Below, piece after piece: positions 25,393-35,327 of a DNA stretch of 64,000 bases. Origin of the DNA: a virus. A program made the position numbers and the translations under genes. The stretch lies in IMG/VR virus record IMGVR_UViG_3300042691_026427, positions 1-64,000 of that record; one strand, given 5' to 3'. Every line of letters starts with the position of its first letter. The stretch's first letter is position 1. The notes below the pieces were generated by a model, which had not been told where the DNA came from, searched no databases, and was given only the letters and a program-made list of their open reading frames with translations.

Positions 25393-26067
25393 TTATTTAC
25401 CTAATTCAGGAAACAATACTTCCTGTACAAATTGCTCAATAATAGACTGCTCATAGCCCATAGCAACCATGCTGCGTACTACATGCGGATTCTGTTTTTG
25501 ATAGTGACAATATCTATTTTGTAGGTCACTGTAGTCTGCGCCAGGTGTTGAATAGCCGTTGCAGTTGTCCAAATAGTAGTCTAGTGCATCAAATCCCAAT
25601 TCAATGAATTGGTCTACTTCGTGCAAATCTTGCACATTACCCGCCGCAACCATACTTTTGCTAAAAATAGCCTGTGCCCACTCGGGTAGTTGCCTAGGCT
25701 TATTCCATGTGTACCCCGAACTCTTGTCTTCCCACCATTTAAACATGGGGTGATCGGAGGTACCTGCCAAACTGAAATCGTGAAATGCACCTGTGATTTT
25801 GTTTTTTCCACACACAGCATCAAATCCCCATATGGGCGCACTAGATGTTACATGTGGAAATACTGTAGCGTGAACAATAAACAGTCCGTATTTCTCACGC
25901 TGGTCAACAACTTCCACATGACCTCGACGATATACGGTGCTAGTATAGATATGATTTTCCCAATTGTATTTCTTCAATATAGGATCATCATATAGCTGAC
26001 CGGCAGCTAACATTTTATTTTTCAAAGAATCTGCACAAGATTCCATTCTGGACCACACTTCGCTCAT
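25393..26067 (-). CDS. ferredoxin-dependent bilin reductase (PcyA/PcyX-like)
   Basis: RRGHVE, HxxxFP, PIWGFD, GAFHDFS, LPEWAQAIFS, QNRYCHYQKQNPH. Confidence 0.88.
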   Translation of the reverse strand: MSEVWSRMESCADSLKNKMLAAGQLYDDPILKKYNWENHIYTSTVYRRGHVEVVDQREKYGLFIVHATVFPHVTSSAPIWGFDAVCGKNKITGAFHDFSLAGTSDHPMFKWWEDKSSGYTWNKPRQLPEWAQAIFSKSMVAAGNVQDLHEVDQFIELGFDALDYYLDNCNGYSTPGADYSDLQNRYCHYQKQNPHVVRSMVAMGYEQSIIEQFVQEVLFPELGK

Positions 26068-26639
26068 TTGAATTCTTTTAATTTATTCTTTATAATTTCG
26101 ATAACTTTGGTTGACACAACTACCTCATAATGATTTACGTCAACTTCAATAATTTCCATATCTTGTTGTCGTCTTTTCATGGAGGAAATAGTTACTACTC
26201 CGTCATTAGGAACATTCATCCAGGGACTGCGGCCAGCAGTGGTAACTATGTTGATCCAAGGTCTTGTAATTTTGTCTACCCTAGCATGTTGCATGGGCCA
26301 ACTGTTGGGACCAATATCTCTTAGCAATCTACTGAATGGCAAAAAGTATTTTGCATAGTCGGCAACTTCTGCGCCACCATAAGGTGTACTGAGAGTGATA
26401 GCACCTTTTACTCGTTCGGGAAAAATGTTGGCCAAGTGTAGTGAATAGATTCCGCCAAGACTGTGTGCAATAAAAATTATGTCATTATAATTTTTAATTA
26501 CTTCCGCCATTTCCTCCAGATTTTCTTTAAATCCGTGAGCACTGTCGTATTCTATAGCAATATCGGGCTGTTTAATATGCTGTCTTATATAATTGAAACT
26601 TTCAGCAGTTGCGCTGGCCCCATGTATATATACTATCAT
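26064..26639 (-). CDS. alpha/beta hydrolase
   Basis: IHG, AHSLGG, STPYGG, NDGVV. Confidence 0.85.
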   Translation of the reverse strand: MIVYIHGASATAESFNYIRQHIKQPDIAIEYDSAHGFKENLEEMAEVIKNYNDIIFIAHSLGGIYSLHLANIFPERVKGAITLSTPYGGAEVADYAKYFLPFSRLLRDIGPNSWPMQHARVDKITRPWINIVTTAGRSPWMNVPNDGVVTISSMKRRQQDMEIIEVDVNHYEVVVSTKVIEIIKNKLKEFK

Positions 26640-27184
26640 TGCAGTATAGGCTCACTTAGCTCTTTCATAATTTTAATAGCCCATTCAAATGCAACTCTAG
26701 CTTCAGGGCCGAGATCATCTGTAAGTTCGGCTCTAATGGATTGTTTTAATATTTCAACGTCTTTAAACTGATAAAATTTACCACTGCCTGGAACTCGTTT
26801 GGCGATAATTTGTCCACCGAATAGATCTCCCATATGTCTGCAATAAAGGTGAGCTTTTATTAAATGTCGTTTTTCAGGATCTTGATTAAGATCAAGTAGA
26901 TATTTGTAATAGTCTACTACACTAGGCAACCATTTTAATTGGTGATGCTTACCTACCAATTCTATGCAATCTTGATAAATTTTGTGTGTTCGTTCTATAT
27001 CAGGTAAGTTTTTAAACATACCCTGACTGTTTCCTGAAGTTTCAATACCATTATATACAAGAACCATTTGCCACAAGTAGTTGGCATATTCTTCTTTAGA
27101 AAGAGTTCCTGCAATTAATTTTTTAGCAAATAAAGATCTCTCAGCTTCTGTGTGTAGATCTTTGGTAATTTCTTTTAGACTCAT
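26636..27184 (-). CDS. heme oxygenase
   Basis: LKEITKDLHTEAE, AHLYCRHMGDLFGGQ. Confidence 0.92.
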   Translation of the reverse strand: MSLKEITKDLHTEAERSLFAKKLIAGTLSKEEYANYLWQMVLVYNGIETSGNSQGMFKNLPDIERTHKIYQDCIELVGKHHQLKWLPSVVDYYKYLLDLNQDPEKRHLIKAHLYCRHMGDLFGGQIIAKRVPGSGKFYQFKDVEILKQSIRAELTDDLGPEARVAFEWAIKIMKELSEPILQ

Positions 27185-27219
27185 AAATTCTCCGTATGGG
27201 ATATTTATGGGCCTGAAAA

Positions 27220-27522
27220 TTATTCTTCTTCAACTTTGATTACAAGGGGATGATTGCTGTTTCGAGCTAACATTGTGGCATCAACTGCCTTTTGTTCTGC
27301 AATTTCAAAATTATATGTTCCTGCTACAGCAGAACCTTCATTGTGAATCTTCATTGTGAGATCAATTGCAGCCGACTCACTATGTTTGAATACTCCGATA
27401 AGCAGTGCAACTACAAACTCCATGGGAGTTTTATCATCGTTAAGAATTATTACCCTATACTTTGAAGGTTCTTTAATACGATTACTAACTAGATCTCTGC
27501 TTTTAACTGCGGTGTCTGACAT
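27220..27522 (-). CDS. clpS: Clp protease adaptor
   Basis: YRVIILNDDKTPMEFVV, IHNEG, EIAEQK. Confidence 0.93.
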   Translation of the reverse strand: MSDTAVKSRDLVSNRIKEPSKYRVIILNDDKTPMEFVVALLIGVFKHSESAAIDLTMKIHNEGSAVAGTYNFEIAEQKAVDATMLARNSNHPLVIKVEEE

Positions 27523-27585
27523 GAAAGTCCTTAAAGTTTTTTATATTATACAGTAATACTAGAAAGGGCGCAAGGCCCTTTCTGC

Positions 27586-28020
27586 TCATTCGCCAGTAAT
27601 TTTAATCTTACGCGGCAATAGTGCTTCCGGAACAATACGTTTCAAATAAATGGTAAGAATACCATTTTTAATAGTTCCAGTTTCTACAACCATATGATCT
27701 GCTAATGTCCAGCTTCGTGTAAAATCACGTGTGGCTAGACCTCTATGCAGATATTCATGGGCCAGGTCGTCTTCTCGAGCTCGTTGCCCTTTGACAATAA
27801 GTTGGTCTTGATCTACTTCTACTGAAATTTCTTCTTTATCAAATCCACTTACTGCGACTTGGATCTCATAGTTATTTTCTCCAGTTTTAATAACATTGTA
27901 TGGAGGATAATTTTGAGTTACCTGTGTTGCAAACCTAGCTTCGAAATCATCAAAGAATCGATCAAAGCCTACAATGGCCCTGTTTAGAGCGGTTGTATCA
28001 AATCTTGCTATTTGTGTCAT
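27586..28020 (-). CDS. small heat shock protein (Hsp20/IbpA)
   Basis: YPPYN, YLHRGLATRDF, NGILTI. Confidence 0.93.
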   Translation of the reverse strand: MTQIARFDTTALNRAIVGFDRFFDDFEARFATQVTQNYPPYNVIKTGENNYEIQVAVSGFDKEEISVEVDQDQLIVKGQRAREDDLAHEYLHRGLATRDFTRSWTLADHMVVETGTIKNGILTIYLKRIVPEALLPRKIKITGE

Positions 28021-28077
28021 TTTATTTTCTCCTTAAAAGTAAGATAATAGTTGGGGCCCATTAGGTGCCCCAGATGA

Positions 28078-29970
28078 TTACGCCGACTTAACTTCTGTTG
28101 CGTCGACATCTACCACACCGTCGGTAGATTCTTGTTTAGGCTGCTCGGGATTCTCAGCCTTGTATTTTACACTAGTCAATGGTGCTAACGATTGAAATAC
28201 TTCAGAAATCTTCGCTTGAATGTCTTCTGCGTCTTCGCCCTTGACAGATTCTTTAAGAGCAGTAACAGCAGTGTCAATCTTGCTCTTTTCTTCGTCTGTA
28301 ATTTTGTCACCATATTTTTCAAGATCTGTTGCAGTTTCATTTAGCAGTGCTTCTGCAGAATTTCGACGGTCAACTAATGCTCGACGTTGCTTATCTGACT
28401 CTGCATTGAGTTCTGCATCTTTGATCATTGCTGCAATTTCAGCTTCACTCAATCCACTGTTAGATTTAATAGTGATCTTGTTTTCTTTACCTGTGTTCTT
28501 ATCCTTGGCACTGACATGCATAATGCCGTTGGCGTCAATGTCAAAGGTAATTTCAATCTGTGGAGTACCACGACGAGCTGGCGCAATACCTTCTAGGTTA
28601 AATTCACCTAACAGCTTGTTGTACTGTACAAATTCACGCTCACCTTGGAATGCCTTGACAGTAACAGCTGGTTGATTGTCTTCGGCAGTAGAAAATGTTT
28701 GGCTAGCCTTAGTTGGGATAGTTGTATTCTTTTGAATCAACTTGCTCATTACGCCACCCATAGTTTCAATACCTAATGATAGTGGAGTAACGTCTAACAA
28801 TAGAACGTCTGTACGGTCTCCTGCCAGTACTGATCCTTGAATAGCGGCACCTGCGGCCACTGCTTCGTCTGGGTTAACATCCTTACGTGGTGCTTTGCCA
28901 AACAACTGTTCAACAACTTCTTGCACCTTAGGCATACGTGTCATGCCACCAACAAGGATAACTTCGTCGATGTCTGCGGCTGTGACGCCTGCATCTTTCA
29001 TAGCAGTACGGCAAGGTGTTAGACTACGTTGAATTAATTCGTCAACAAGACTTTCTAACTTGGCACGTGACAACTTAATGTTCATGTGTTTAGGACCACT
29101 AGCGTCTGCTGTGATGTATGGTAAGTTAACATCTGTTTGAGCACTGCTTGACAATTCAATCTTTGCCTTTTCAGCGGCTTCTTTTAGACGCTGTAGGGCA
29201 AGTGTGTCTTTCTTAAGATCAACACCATTGTCTTTCTTAAACTCGTCGACTAAGAAATCCATAATACGCTGATCAAAATCTTCACCACCTAGGAATGTAT
29301 CACCGTTGGTGCTCAACACTTCAATTTGCTTTTCGCTATCTACGTTGGCAATTTCAATAATGCTAACGTCAAAAGTTCCACCGCCTAGGTCATAAACTGC
29401 AATTTTTCTATCTTTTGTTGATTCTTTATCAACGCCGTATGCCAATGCAGCGGCTGTTGGTTCGTTAATAATACGTAAGACTTCTAAACCTGCAATACGG
29501 CCTGCATCTTTTGTTGCCTGACGTTGACTGTCATTGAAGTAAGCGGGCACTGTAATAACAGCCTGTGTTACTTCATGTCCTAGATAGTCCTCAGCAGTTT
29601 TCTTCATCTTGCGAAGAACTTCTGCTGAAATTTGTGGTGGCGCTAATTTTTCGTTATTTGCTTCTACCCAAGCATCACCGTTGTCTGCCTTGATAATTTT
29701 ATAAGGCATTAGGTCGATGTCTTTTTGCACGGCCTGCTCTTCGAACTTACGCCCGATTAATCGCTTGCTAGCATAGATAGTATTTTTGGGGTTTGTTACA
29801 GCTTGACGTTTTGCTGATGCACCTACTAGAATTTCTTCATTTGCATATGCAACAATACTAGGTGTAGTACGAGCACCTTCGCTGTTTTCGATTACTTTTG
29901 TTTGTCCGTTTTCAATTACGGCTACGCATGAATTTGTTGTACCTAAATCGATACCGATGACTTTACTCAT
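28078..29970 (-). CDS. dnaK: Hsp70 chaperone
   Basis: [25 protein letters not shown]; full length. Confidence 0.97.
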   Translation of the reverse strand: MSKVIGIDLGTTNSCVAVIENGQTKVIENSEGARTTPSIVAYANEEILVGASAKRQAVTNPKNTIYASKRLIGRKFEEQAVQKDIDLMPYKIIKADNGDAWVEANNEKLAPPQISAEVLRKMKKTAEDYLGHEVTQAVITVPAYFNDSQRQATKDAGRIAGLEVLRIINEPTAAALAYGVDKESTKDRKIAVYDLGGGTFDVSIIEIANVDSEKQIEVLSTNGDTFLGGEDFDQRIMDFLVDEFKKDNGVDLKKDTLALQRLKEAAEKAKIELSSSAQTDVNLPYITADASGPKHMNIKLSRAKLESLVDELIQRSLTPCRTAMKDAGVTAADIDEVILVGGMTRMPKVQEVVEQLFGKAPRKDVNPDEAVAAGAAIQGSVLAGDRTDVLLLDVTPLSLGIETMGGVMSKLIQKNTTIPTKASQTFSTAEDNQPAVTVKAFQGEREFVQYNKLLGEFNLEGIAPARRGTPQIEITFDIDANGIMHVSAKDKNTGKENKITIKSNSGLSEAEIAAMIKDAELNAESDKQRRALVDRRNSAEALLNETATDLEKYGDKITDEEKSKIDTAVTALKESVKGEDAEDIQAKISEVFQSLAPLTSVKYKAENPEQPKQESTDGVVDVDATEVKSA

Positions 29971-30072
29971 TTTTTTCTCCTTAATTAAGTAAGATTTATT
30001 GCCCTAAGGGCTTTGCCTTAACCTCTAAAGTATTAAAGCTACATATATTTATACAGCCTTTCTATCTAAAAG

Positions 30073-30810
30073 TCAAATTTCTATGTTTTTTATGTCGTTT
30101 TTAGTCAATACATATACGCCATTATGCTGTACAGATATTGAACTGGCCTTGTTTGCAAATTGAATTGCTGTGGCCATATTTTTAGTATCCAAATATTTAA
30201 AAACTAGCGCACTTAAAAATGTGTCTCCAGCACCACAGACATCCATTACTTCTACTTTTTCTGTAGGATAATGTATGTCTTTATAATATGCACCATCGTC
30301 TCCGGCAGTGACAATCAATTCTGTAGGAACAGTTTTAGCTAGAGAAAATTCTTGCGAATTTATTTTTACAATACAACCTTCGAATCGAGATAGATCATGT
30401 TTCTTTGTATCTACAAAAATAGGACCAGTGTAAGTTGCTCTAATTTCTTCTACAGTTTCGTAATCAATTGTACCTTTGATGTAGTCACTTATTACTACAG
30501 CATCGTAAAAATTAGGAATATTAGTATCGAATGTTATAGGTTCTGATTTCTCATCTACATCAATTCTTACAATATGTTGTCTGCTTCTCAGATCGATTAA
30601 TCTAGTTTTAGTAGATGTTTTTCCGTGTAAAAAATCTACTTTGCAATCAAACGCTTGTAAATTCAATGCAACATTACCAGCCATGCCGGGTTTGCTTTCT
30701 TCGTGACTGAATTTAAAAACGGGCACTGGCGCTTCTGGACTGATACGATCGATCGTTCCATATTGATAAATGTCTGTGCAATTGTCACCTAGCAGTAAAA
30801 TTTTATACAT
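30073..30810 (-). CDS. PfkB-family kinase (HldE/RfaE kinase-like)
   Basis: RISPEAPVPV, DVCGAGDTF. Confidence 0.88.
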   Translation of the reverse strand: MYKILLLGDNCTDIYQYGTIDRISPEAPVPVFKFSHEESKPGMAGNVALNLQAFDCKVDFLHGKTSTKTRLIDLRSRQHIVRIDVDEKSEPITFDTNIPNFYDAVVISDYIKGTIDYETVEEIRATYTGPIFVDTKKHDLSRFEGCIVKINSQEFSLAKTVPTELIVTAGDDGAYYKDIHYPTEKVEVMDVCGAGDTFLSALVFKYLDTKNMATAIQFANKASSISVQHNGVYVLTKNDIKNIEI

Positions 30811-30811
30811 T

Positions 30812-31090
30812 CTAATCTTTTTCATTCATATGATCAGCTACTGGTTTGCCCTTTTTCAAATATGCTTCTTCGTAGCGTCTTTTCGAGTCTTCGACATCAT
30901 AGTTATTTTTAATCTCTTTAACAGAAGTTAAAAGTGGATGCATAATTTTTTGAGTTAATTTGGTTGACAATATTTCTAGCACTTCATTAATTGGCATACC
31001 ATTTTTTAAATTTTTATGTGCATTGTCCAATTCGTGTACTCGTGCCCGCCCAACCCATTGTTCATAGCTTTCATTAGAAAGTTTTCTCAT
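30812..31090 (-). CDS. stand-alone HemA (glutamyl-tRNA reductase) dimerisation-domain-like protein
   Basis: ELDNAHKNLKNG.PINEVLEILSTKLTQKIMHP resembles the HemA C-terminal ELxxAxxxLxxGxxxxxVLxxLxxxLTNKLLH pattern. Confidence 0.55.
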   Translation of the reverse strand: MRKLSNESYEQWVGRARVHELDNAHKNLKNGMPINEVLEILSTKLTQKIMHPLLTSVKEIKNNYDVEDSKRRYEEAYLKKGKPVADHMNEKD

Positions 31091-31368
31091 GACCACCTTA
31101 GAATAAACATAGTCATATCTTTTTCACTTTTGAAATAAAACCTGCGTTCTTTCTCAAACCAGCGAGCACCACTGTTTCCATATTGGCCTCGACACCATTC
31201 GGTGGCTAGTTCTGTAGTGTTTTCGTATTTGTTCTTTTCAGTTACAGGCAAACTGACCCAATGATACTCACCTATCCAGCCTTTGGCCTTGCCCGTTTGC
31301 ATTGGTTCTAATGCTGGCTCCATTGACACTCCATTAAACACGCTTGTGTTAAAAGATCCGATACTCAT
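31087..31368 (-). CDS. small paralogous-family protein
   Basis: WC..G..W..F.F..E.D..F.LRW motif. Confidence 0.7.
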   Translation of the reverse strand: MSIGSFNTSVFNGVSMEPALEPMQTGKAKGWIGEYHWVSLPVTEKNKYENTTELATEWCRGQYGNSGARWFEKERRFYFKSEKDMTMFILRWS

Positions 31369-31407
31369 CTTACAAGTCCTTTGATAATTTCATATTGACG
31401 AACAGCT

Positions 31408-31671
31408 TCATGACCAGTGTATCCTAAACATTGTTGCTACCCGGGCGTCTTTGAATGCGTATTGATTGCCAGCTTTGGCCCAACCGTGTTCTCCGGCATA
31501 TTGCTTACACCATTGTATTACAGTGGTTAGACTGTTATGCTTCCATGGATCAATTTGACATGTGTGCCATCCACTTTGGCACATTAGGCTGAACAATATT
31601 TCAGCGTCAATTTCCTTAGCAATCTCTGCAGATAGTATTGCCGAATATTCTTCTTCTAATGTCATAACCAC
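31408..31671 (-). CDS. small paralogous-family protein
   Basis: QWC..G..W..YAFKD..MFRIHW. Confidence 0.7.
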   Translation of the reverse strand: MVMTLEEEYSAILSAEIAKEIDAEILFSLMCQSGWHTCQIDPWKHNSLTTVIQWCKQYAGEHGWAKAGNQYAFKDARVATMFRIHWS

Positions 31672-31919
31672 CTCAAAATAAACAATAACAAATCTTGTTC
31701 GTAAGCAAAGCAGAATCTATACTTGCCTGGCTGGTCTCTACCTGCCCAAAATAAACACCAGCGTCCGGATCGATAATCTATAGCTTCCCAACGCTGACCA
31801 AAATGTTCTGCACACCATCGAGCTGCGTCATTATGTTTTTTAGAATCTATTAGCACTTCGTGATCTAAGTGTCTAAATTCTTCATTAACGATTTTAGGTT
31901 CTTGCACTGCCACTTCCAA
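31662..31919 (-). CDS. small paralogous-family protein
   Basis: RWCAEHFG..FCFAYEQDLLLFILRW. Confidence 0.7.
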   Translation of the reverse strand: MEVAVQEPKIVNEEFRHLDHEVLIDSKKHNDAARWCAEHFGQRWEAIDYRSGRWCLFWAGRDQPGKYRFCFAYEQDLLLFILRWL

Positions 31920-32148
31920 ACTTCAAAGCAAACATACTGGAGTATTTTTCACCTTTGTTCATAAATTTGAAGATAAGTTTTTCTTCGGCATGCCACACTG
32001 ACCATTCGAAGTCAAGGCCCATAATTAGTCCTTGATCCTTGCACCATTCTGCTAGTTCAATAGCATGATTGCTGGCATGATGCAGTTTCATAAAGTCCAG
32101 GTGCTTGTATTGAACTATCGTATCGAACGGTATATGCAGTTCAATCAT
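31894..32148 (-). CDS. small paralogous-family protein
   Basis: EWCKDQG..FKF..MFALKF. Confidence 0.7.
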   Translation of the reverse strand: MIELHIPFDTIVQYKHLDFMKLHHASNHAIELAEWCKDQGLIMGLDFEWSVWHAEEKLIFKFMNKGEKYSSMFALKFGSGSART

Positions 32149-32495
32149 CTAATGACTACTAGATCTTCTCGACTGCGATCGCTGTAAATTTTATGGCCGC
32201 GCTCTCGAATAAGTTCCGCTGTATATTGCGGATCTTCTTTCCATTGTTGTTTCCAGAATGCTTCATCTAAACTAACATCGCAGTCTACTGCATATATTTC
32301 ATAGTGGCGATGTGTATTAAATCTGGCTCTCATGATCAGCTGCTGAACAATACTGTCTAGTGGATTTCGAATCCGTGATTGATCCTTCAACATTCGCATG
32401 AGATTTTCTTTGTCGTGATGCTCATACTGACTAATTGGAATAATACTTTCAATACCAAGTTGATCCCACGAAAATATAAATGCGTTAGTAGTCAT
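32145..32495 (-). CDS. hypothetical protein
   Basis: ORF with overlapping start/stop coupling. Confidence 0.7.
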   Translation of the reverse strand: MTTNAFIFSWDQLGIESIIPISQYEHHDKENLMRMLKDQSRIRNPLDSIVQQLIMRARFNTHRHYEIYAVDCDVSLDEAFWKQQWKEDPQYTAELIRERGHKIYSDRSREDLVVIR

Positions 32496-32740
32496 AAGAA
32501 TTTCCCAATGTATTCAACAGCCAACTGCTCTTCAGCAATAATTTCTGCATTCCACCGCAGTGCCATTACCAGTGCATCTTTATTACTTTTAAAAACAAAG
32601 TCCATATAGTTGACATTGGCGTGGGTTTGAAATCTGTCCCCAGGCAACCCAAAATATTCGATTGCCCAGGCACAGACTTCATTCCAGTAGGTGTCGTTAT
32701 CGTACTCTCTTGTCCAGGATATGCGAACTGTTGATCTCAT
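32492..32740 (-). CDS. small paralogous-family protein
   Basis: WAIEYFG..FVFKSNKDALVMALRW. Confidence 0.7.
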   Translation of the reverse strand: MRSTVRISWTREYDNDTYWNEVCAWAIEYFGLPGDRFQTHANVNYMDFVFKSNKDALVMALRWNAEIIAEEQLAVEYIGKFL

Positions 32741-33549
32741 ACTTCAAAATACTGTCCAGCTAGAAATCCGTTGTCTTCTTCCCAGGGAATATATCCACGT
32801 GGGTTGCAAACAACACGAGTATCACCGACCATATAGTCTACAGGATCATGAACATGCCCATGCACCCATACTTTAATGTTGGGATTGTCCAAAATCAAGT
32901 TAGACAGATCCGAAACATAAGCACCATTGCTCAACTCGCCTTTATATTTGTCATTGATACTCATATAAGTTGGACCCATGTGAGTGATCACTACTACTGG
33001 CATGTCAGCATACTGTTTGGCCTTTTCTTCAATGTAACGCTTGCTCTCGATGTGCATGTTGACAGTATCCATAGGACGCATCTTGTGGTATGCGTTGTAC
33101 TGGGGATAATGAAAAGTGATAGCCTTGTAGTCGTTCATATAGTTCTGCATAGAGTGCAAGGTTATAGGGTCACCTTTGTTCATATCAGTCCACAAAGTGG
33201 CACCAATAAAAACTACACCTTCGTAGACTTCGCACTGATTTTCCAGCACGGTTATATTCTTTGGCAACACACGTTCTAGTTCAGCTTTGGTTTTCCAAAA
33301 CTTTCCACGATAATGTTCGTGGTTTCCCATAACGTAAAACACTTTTTTATATTTTGCACACTCGAATTCAAAGAAGTCATAGCAGGGAAACTTGCCGCCA
33401 GTGTACGGCAACTCTTTGGTGCTGTGATGTTCGTGAACTAACTCGCGAGCTTCGCAAGCATCGCCCGCAACAATAAGAACATCTCCGCCAGGTAGCTCGA
33501 GATGTTTACTGATATCCAAATGCAGGTCTGATAAGAATTGTATGTTCAT
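32737..33549 (-). CDS. calcineurin-like metallophosphoesterase
   Basis: SDLH, AGD, GNHE, HGHVH; promoter TTGACT-17-TATAAT at 33556-33584. Confidence 0.9.
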   Translation of the reverse strand: MNIQFLSDLHLDISKHLELPGGDVLIVAGDACEARELVHEHHSTKELPYTGGKFPCYDFFEFECAKYKKVFYVMGNHEHYRGKFWKTKAELERVLPKNITVLENQCEVYEGVVFIGATLWTDMNKGDPITLHSMQNYMNDYKAITFHYPQYNAYHKMRPMDTVNMHIESKRYIEEKAKQYADMPVVVITHMGPTYMSINDKYKGELSNGAYVSDLSNLILDNPNIKVWVHGHVHDPVDYMVGDTRVVCNPRGYIPWEEDNGFLAGQYFEV

Positions 33550-33612
33550 AGAGTTATTATACATGATTTTTATTTAAAAGTCAAGCCACAAAAAAAGAGC
33601 CAATGGGCTCAT

Positions 33613-33825
33613 TTATTGTCTGCGCTTCTTCCAATTGTATTCAACACCATCTGGACAAAGTCCATCTTCTATACTGTCTACTCCGAACTTGCCGACTATT
33701 TCCATTCCATTACCTATTATGGTAACAAATACTGCTACAGTCTTTGCCCAATCCATCGCTGGACCTAAGTTATCAAATTCTCTATCAAATTGGTCATCGC
33801 CTATCTTCCATAGGACTTTATACAT
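33613..33825 (-). CDS. hypothetical protein
   Basis: AAGGAG SD. Confidence 0.7.
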   Translation of the reverse strand: MYKVLWKIGDDQFDREFDNLGPAMDWAKTVAVFVTIIGNGMEIVGKFGVDSIEDGLCPDGVEYNWKKRRQ

Positions 33826-33835
33826 TTCTCTCCTT

Positions 33836-33863
33836 TATAAAAAATGGGGCACTAAGGCCCCAT
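33836..33863 (-). terminator. terminator after the DUF2828 gene
   Basis: ATGGGGC/GCCCCAT stem + T run. Confidence 0.75.
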
Positions 33864-33870
33864 AAACACA

Positions 33871-35268
33871 TTAAGCAATTACGCTGTAACGTGGACTGTT
33901 TAGTGTCGCCAACATTACGTTGGTTGGATCTAAATCTTCTGCCTTCAAGATTGAAGTCATGATGCTTGGGCTGAACCCAGACACCAATGCAACTCCCTTC
34001 TTGTCGAACTTGACTGGACTTTGTCCCGCCTTAGCGTTCAAGTTCCAGAATACAATGTTTGGCACAGTGTATCCTGCTTCGGCAAACTTACGTTCGATCA
34101 TTTGCATAGCAGAGTCATCGTGACGAGCACATTGATCAAACTGCATATCACTCATGATCAGAACATACTTTGGCATGTCGTTGGCACTAACACCACCTGC
34201 CTTGGCAACACGCAACACTTCTTCAAATGCGGCGTTTAGGTTAGTGTTCATGTCCCAATCTGCTCGTTGCAACTGTGCCAACTTGCTGGTCAAGTTACCC
34301 TTCAAGATTTCGATCTTGCTCTTTGCAGAGAAAGTCAAAAACATGTCCTTGAATGGACCAGTGTTCTTGTCAGCGAGGTACAGGCCCAAGCTAACGCAAA
34401 CGTCCATACAAGTCAAGTTGGCGTTTCCACCAACTGGGCAGCTCATAGAGCCCGATACGTCACACATTGGTAACACCAGTTCATCACCGATGTAGTTTGG
34501 CAATGCATCCCATTGGGCTTGCATTACAGTGGCATCGCCGCCAAACTTGTTGCTCTTGATGACATCGTAAGGGTAAACAGCCGAAGCGTTTACCTTTGCT
34601 TCACCAGTAACCAACTTGCCCTTGTAAGCTTCATACCCTGCGGCATCGTGCTTCTTAAAGGCCTTTTGGTAACGTGCAGCCGCAAGCGACGGCACATGGC
34701 TATAGTTGATGTTGGTCCAGTCGTTGGCACACATGTTCTGTTCCACAGTCTTGCTCAAAGAGACAAGGCTCTTACGGTAAAACTTTGGGCTCATTCCGAA
34801 GAATGTGCGGATTTCTGCGGCCAATGCACCCTGACGTGGCATCCACTTTGCAGCCAGGCCGTTACGTTCACGAAGAGCGTCACCGATTAGGGTAAATGCC
34901 TGTGCCTTTGCTTCCTTAGAAGTAAAGATCAACAGGTCATCCCAACGACCAAATTCTGCAAGGTGAGGGATCAAACGAGCCAACGCCTTAGGGTTAGTCT
35001 TTTCAAGATTCAAAAGAATCTTACGCACGACTTCACGTTCGCCTGCGCCACCACGGACGTCACGTGCCCACATCAAAAGACGTAGGGCCAGTGTTTCGTC
35101 CTGTGCAAGGGCACGGGCAAATTGGGTGCTCAAGTCCTTACCACGGCTTGCGCCAATAGTGAAGAACAGATCAACAAGATCGCTCTTGCTGGAATCGAAA
35201 GTCTTCATACCGTTATCGGTACGGACAGTCTTAGGTACGGTCTTAACCGCTTGAACAAATGCGTTCAT
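33871..35268 (-). CDS. DUF2828-family Ro60/TROVE-like helical-repeat + vWA protein
   Basis: TDNG..LVDLFF, ARDVRGGAGER, GRWDDL, AAKWMPR, YSHVPS, MIDAS DVSGSM, IVFWNL, LVSGFSP. Confidence 0.85.
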   Translation of the reverse strand: MNAFVQAVKTVPKTVRTDNGMKTFDSSKSDLVDLFFTIGASRGKDLSTQFARALAQDETLALRLLMWARDVRGGAGEREVVRKILLNLEKTNPKALARLIPHLAEFGRWDDLLIFTSKEAKAQAFTLIGDALRERNGLAAKWMPRQGALAAEIRTFFGMSPKFYRKSLVSLSKTVEQNMCANDWTNINYSHVPSLAAARYQKAFKKHDAAGYEAYKGKLVTGEAKVNASAVYPYDVIKSNKFGGDATVMQAQWDALPNYIGDELVLPMCDVSGSMSCPVGGNANLTCMDVCVSLGLYLADKNTGPFKDMFLTFSAKSKIEILKGNLTSKLAQLQRADWDMNTNLNAAFEEVLRVAKAGGVSANDMPKYVLIMSDMQFDQCARHDDSAMQMIERKFAEAGYTVPNIVFWNLNAKAGQSPVKFDKKGVALVSGFSPSIMTSILKAEDLDPTNVMLATLNSPRYSVIA

Positions 35269-35280
35269 TTTATTTTCCTT

Positions 35281-35321
35281 CAGGTTACTTTTAAATTAAA
35301 AAATTATGCTGTATATAACCT
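35281..35321 (-). promoter_or_regulatory. CAGCA-motif element E1 abutting the DUF2828 SD
   Basis: AGGUUAU-AUA-CAGCA...GUAACCU-G directly followed by AAGGAAAAUAAAAUG. Confidence 0.75.
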
Positions 35322-35327
35322 ATACAA

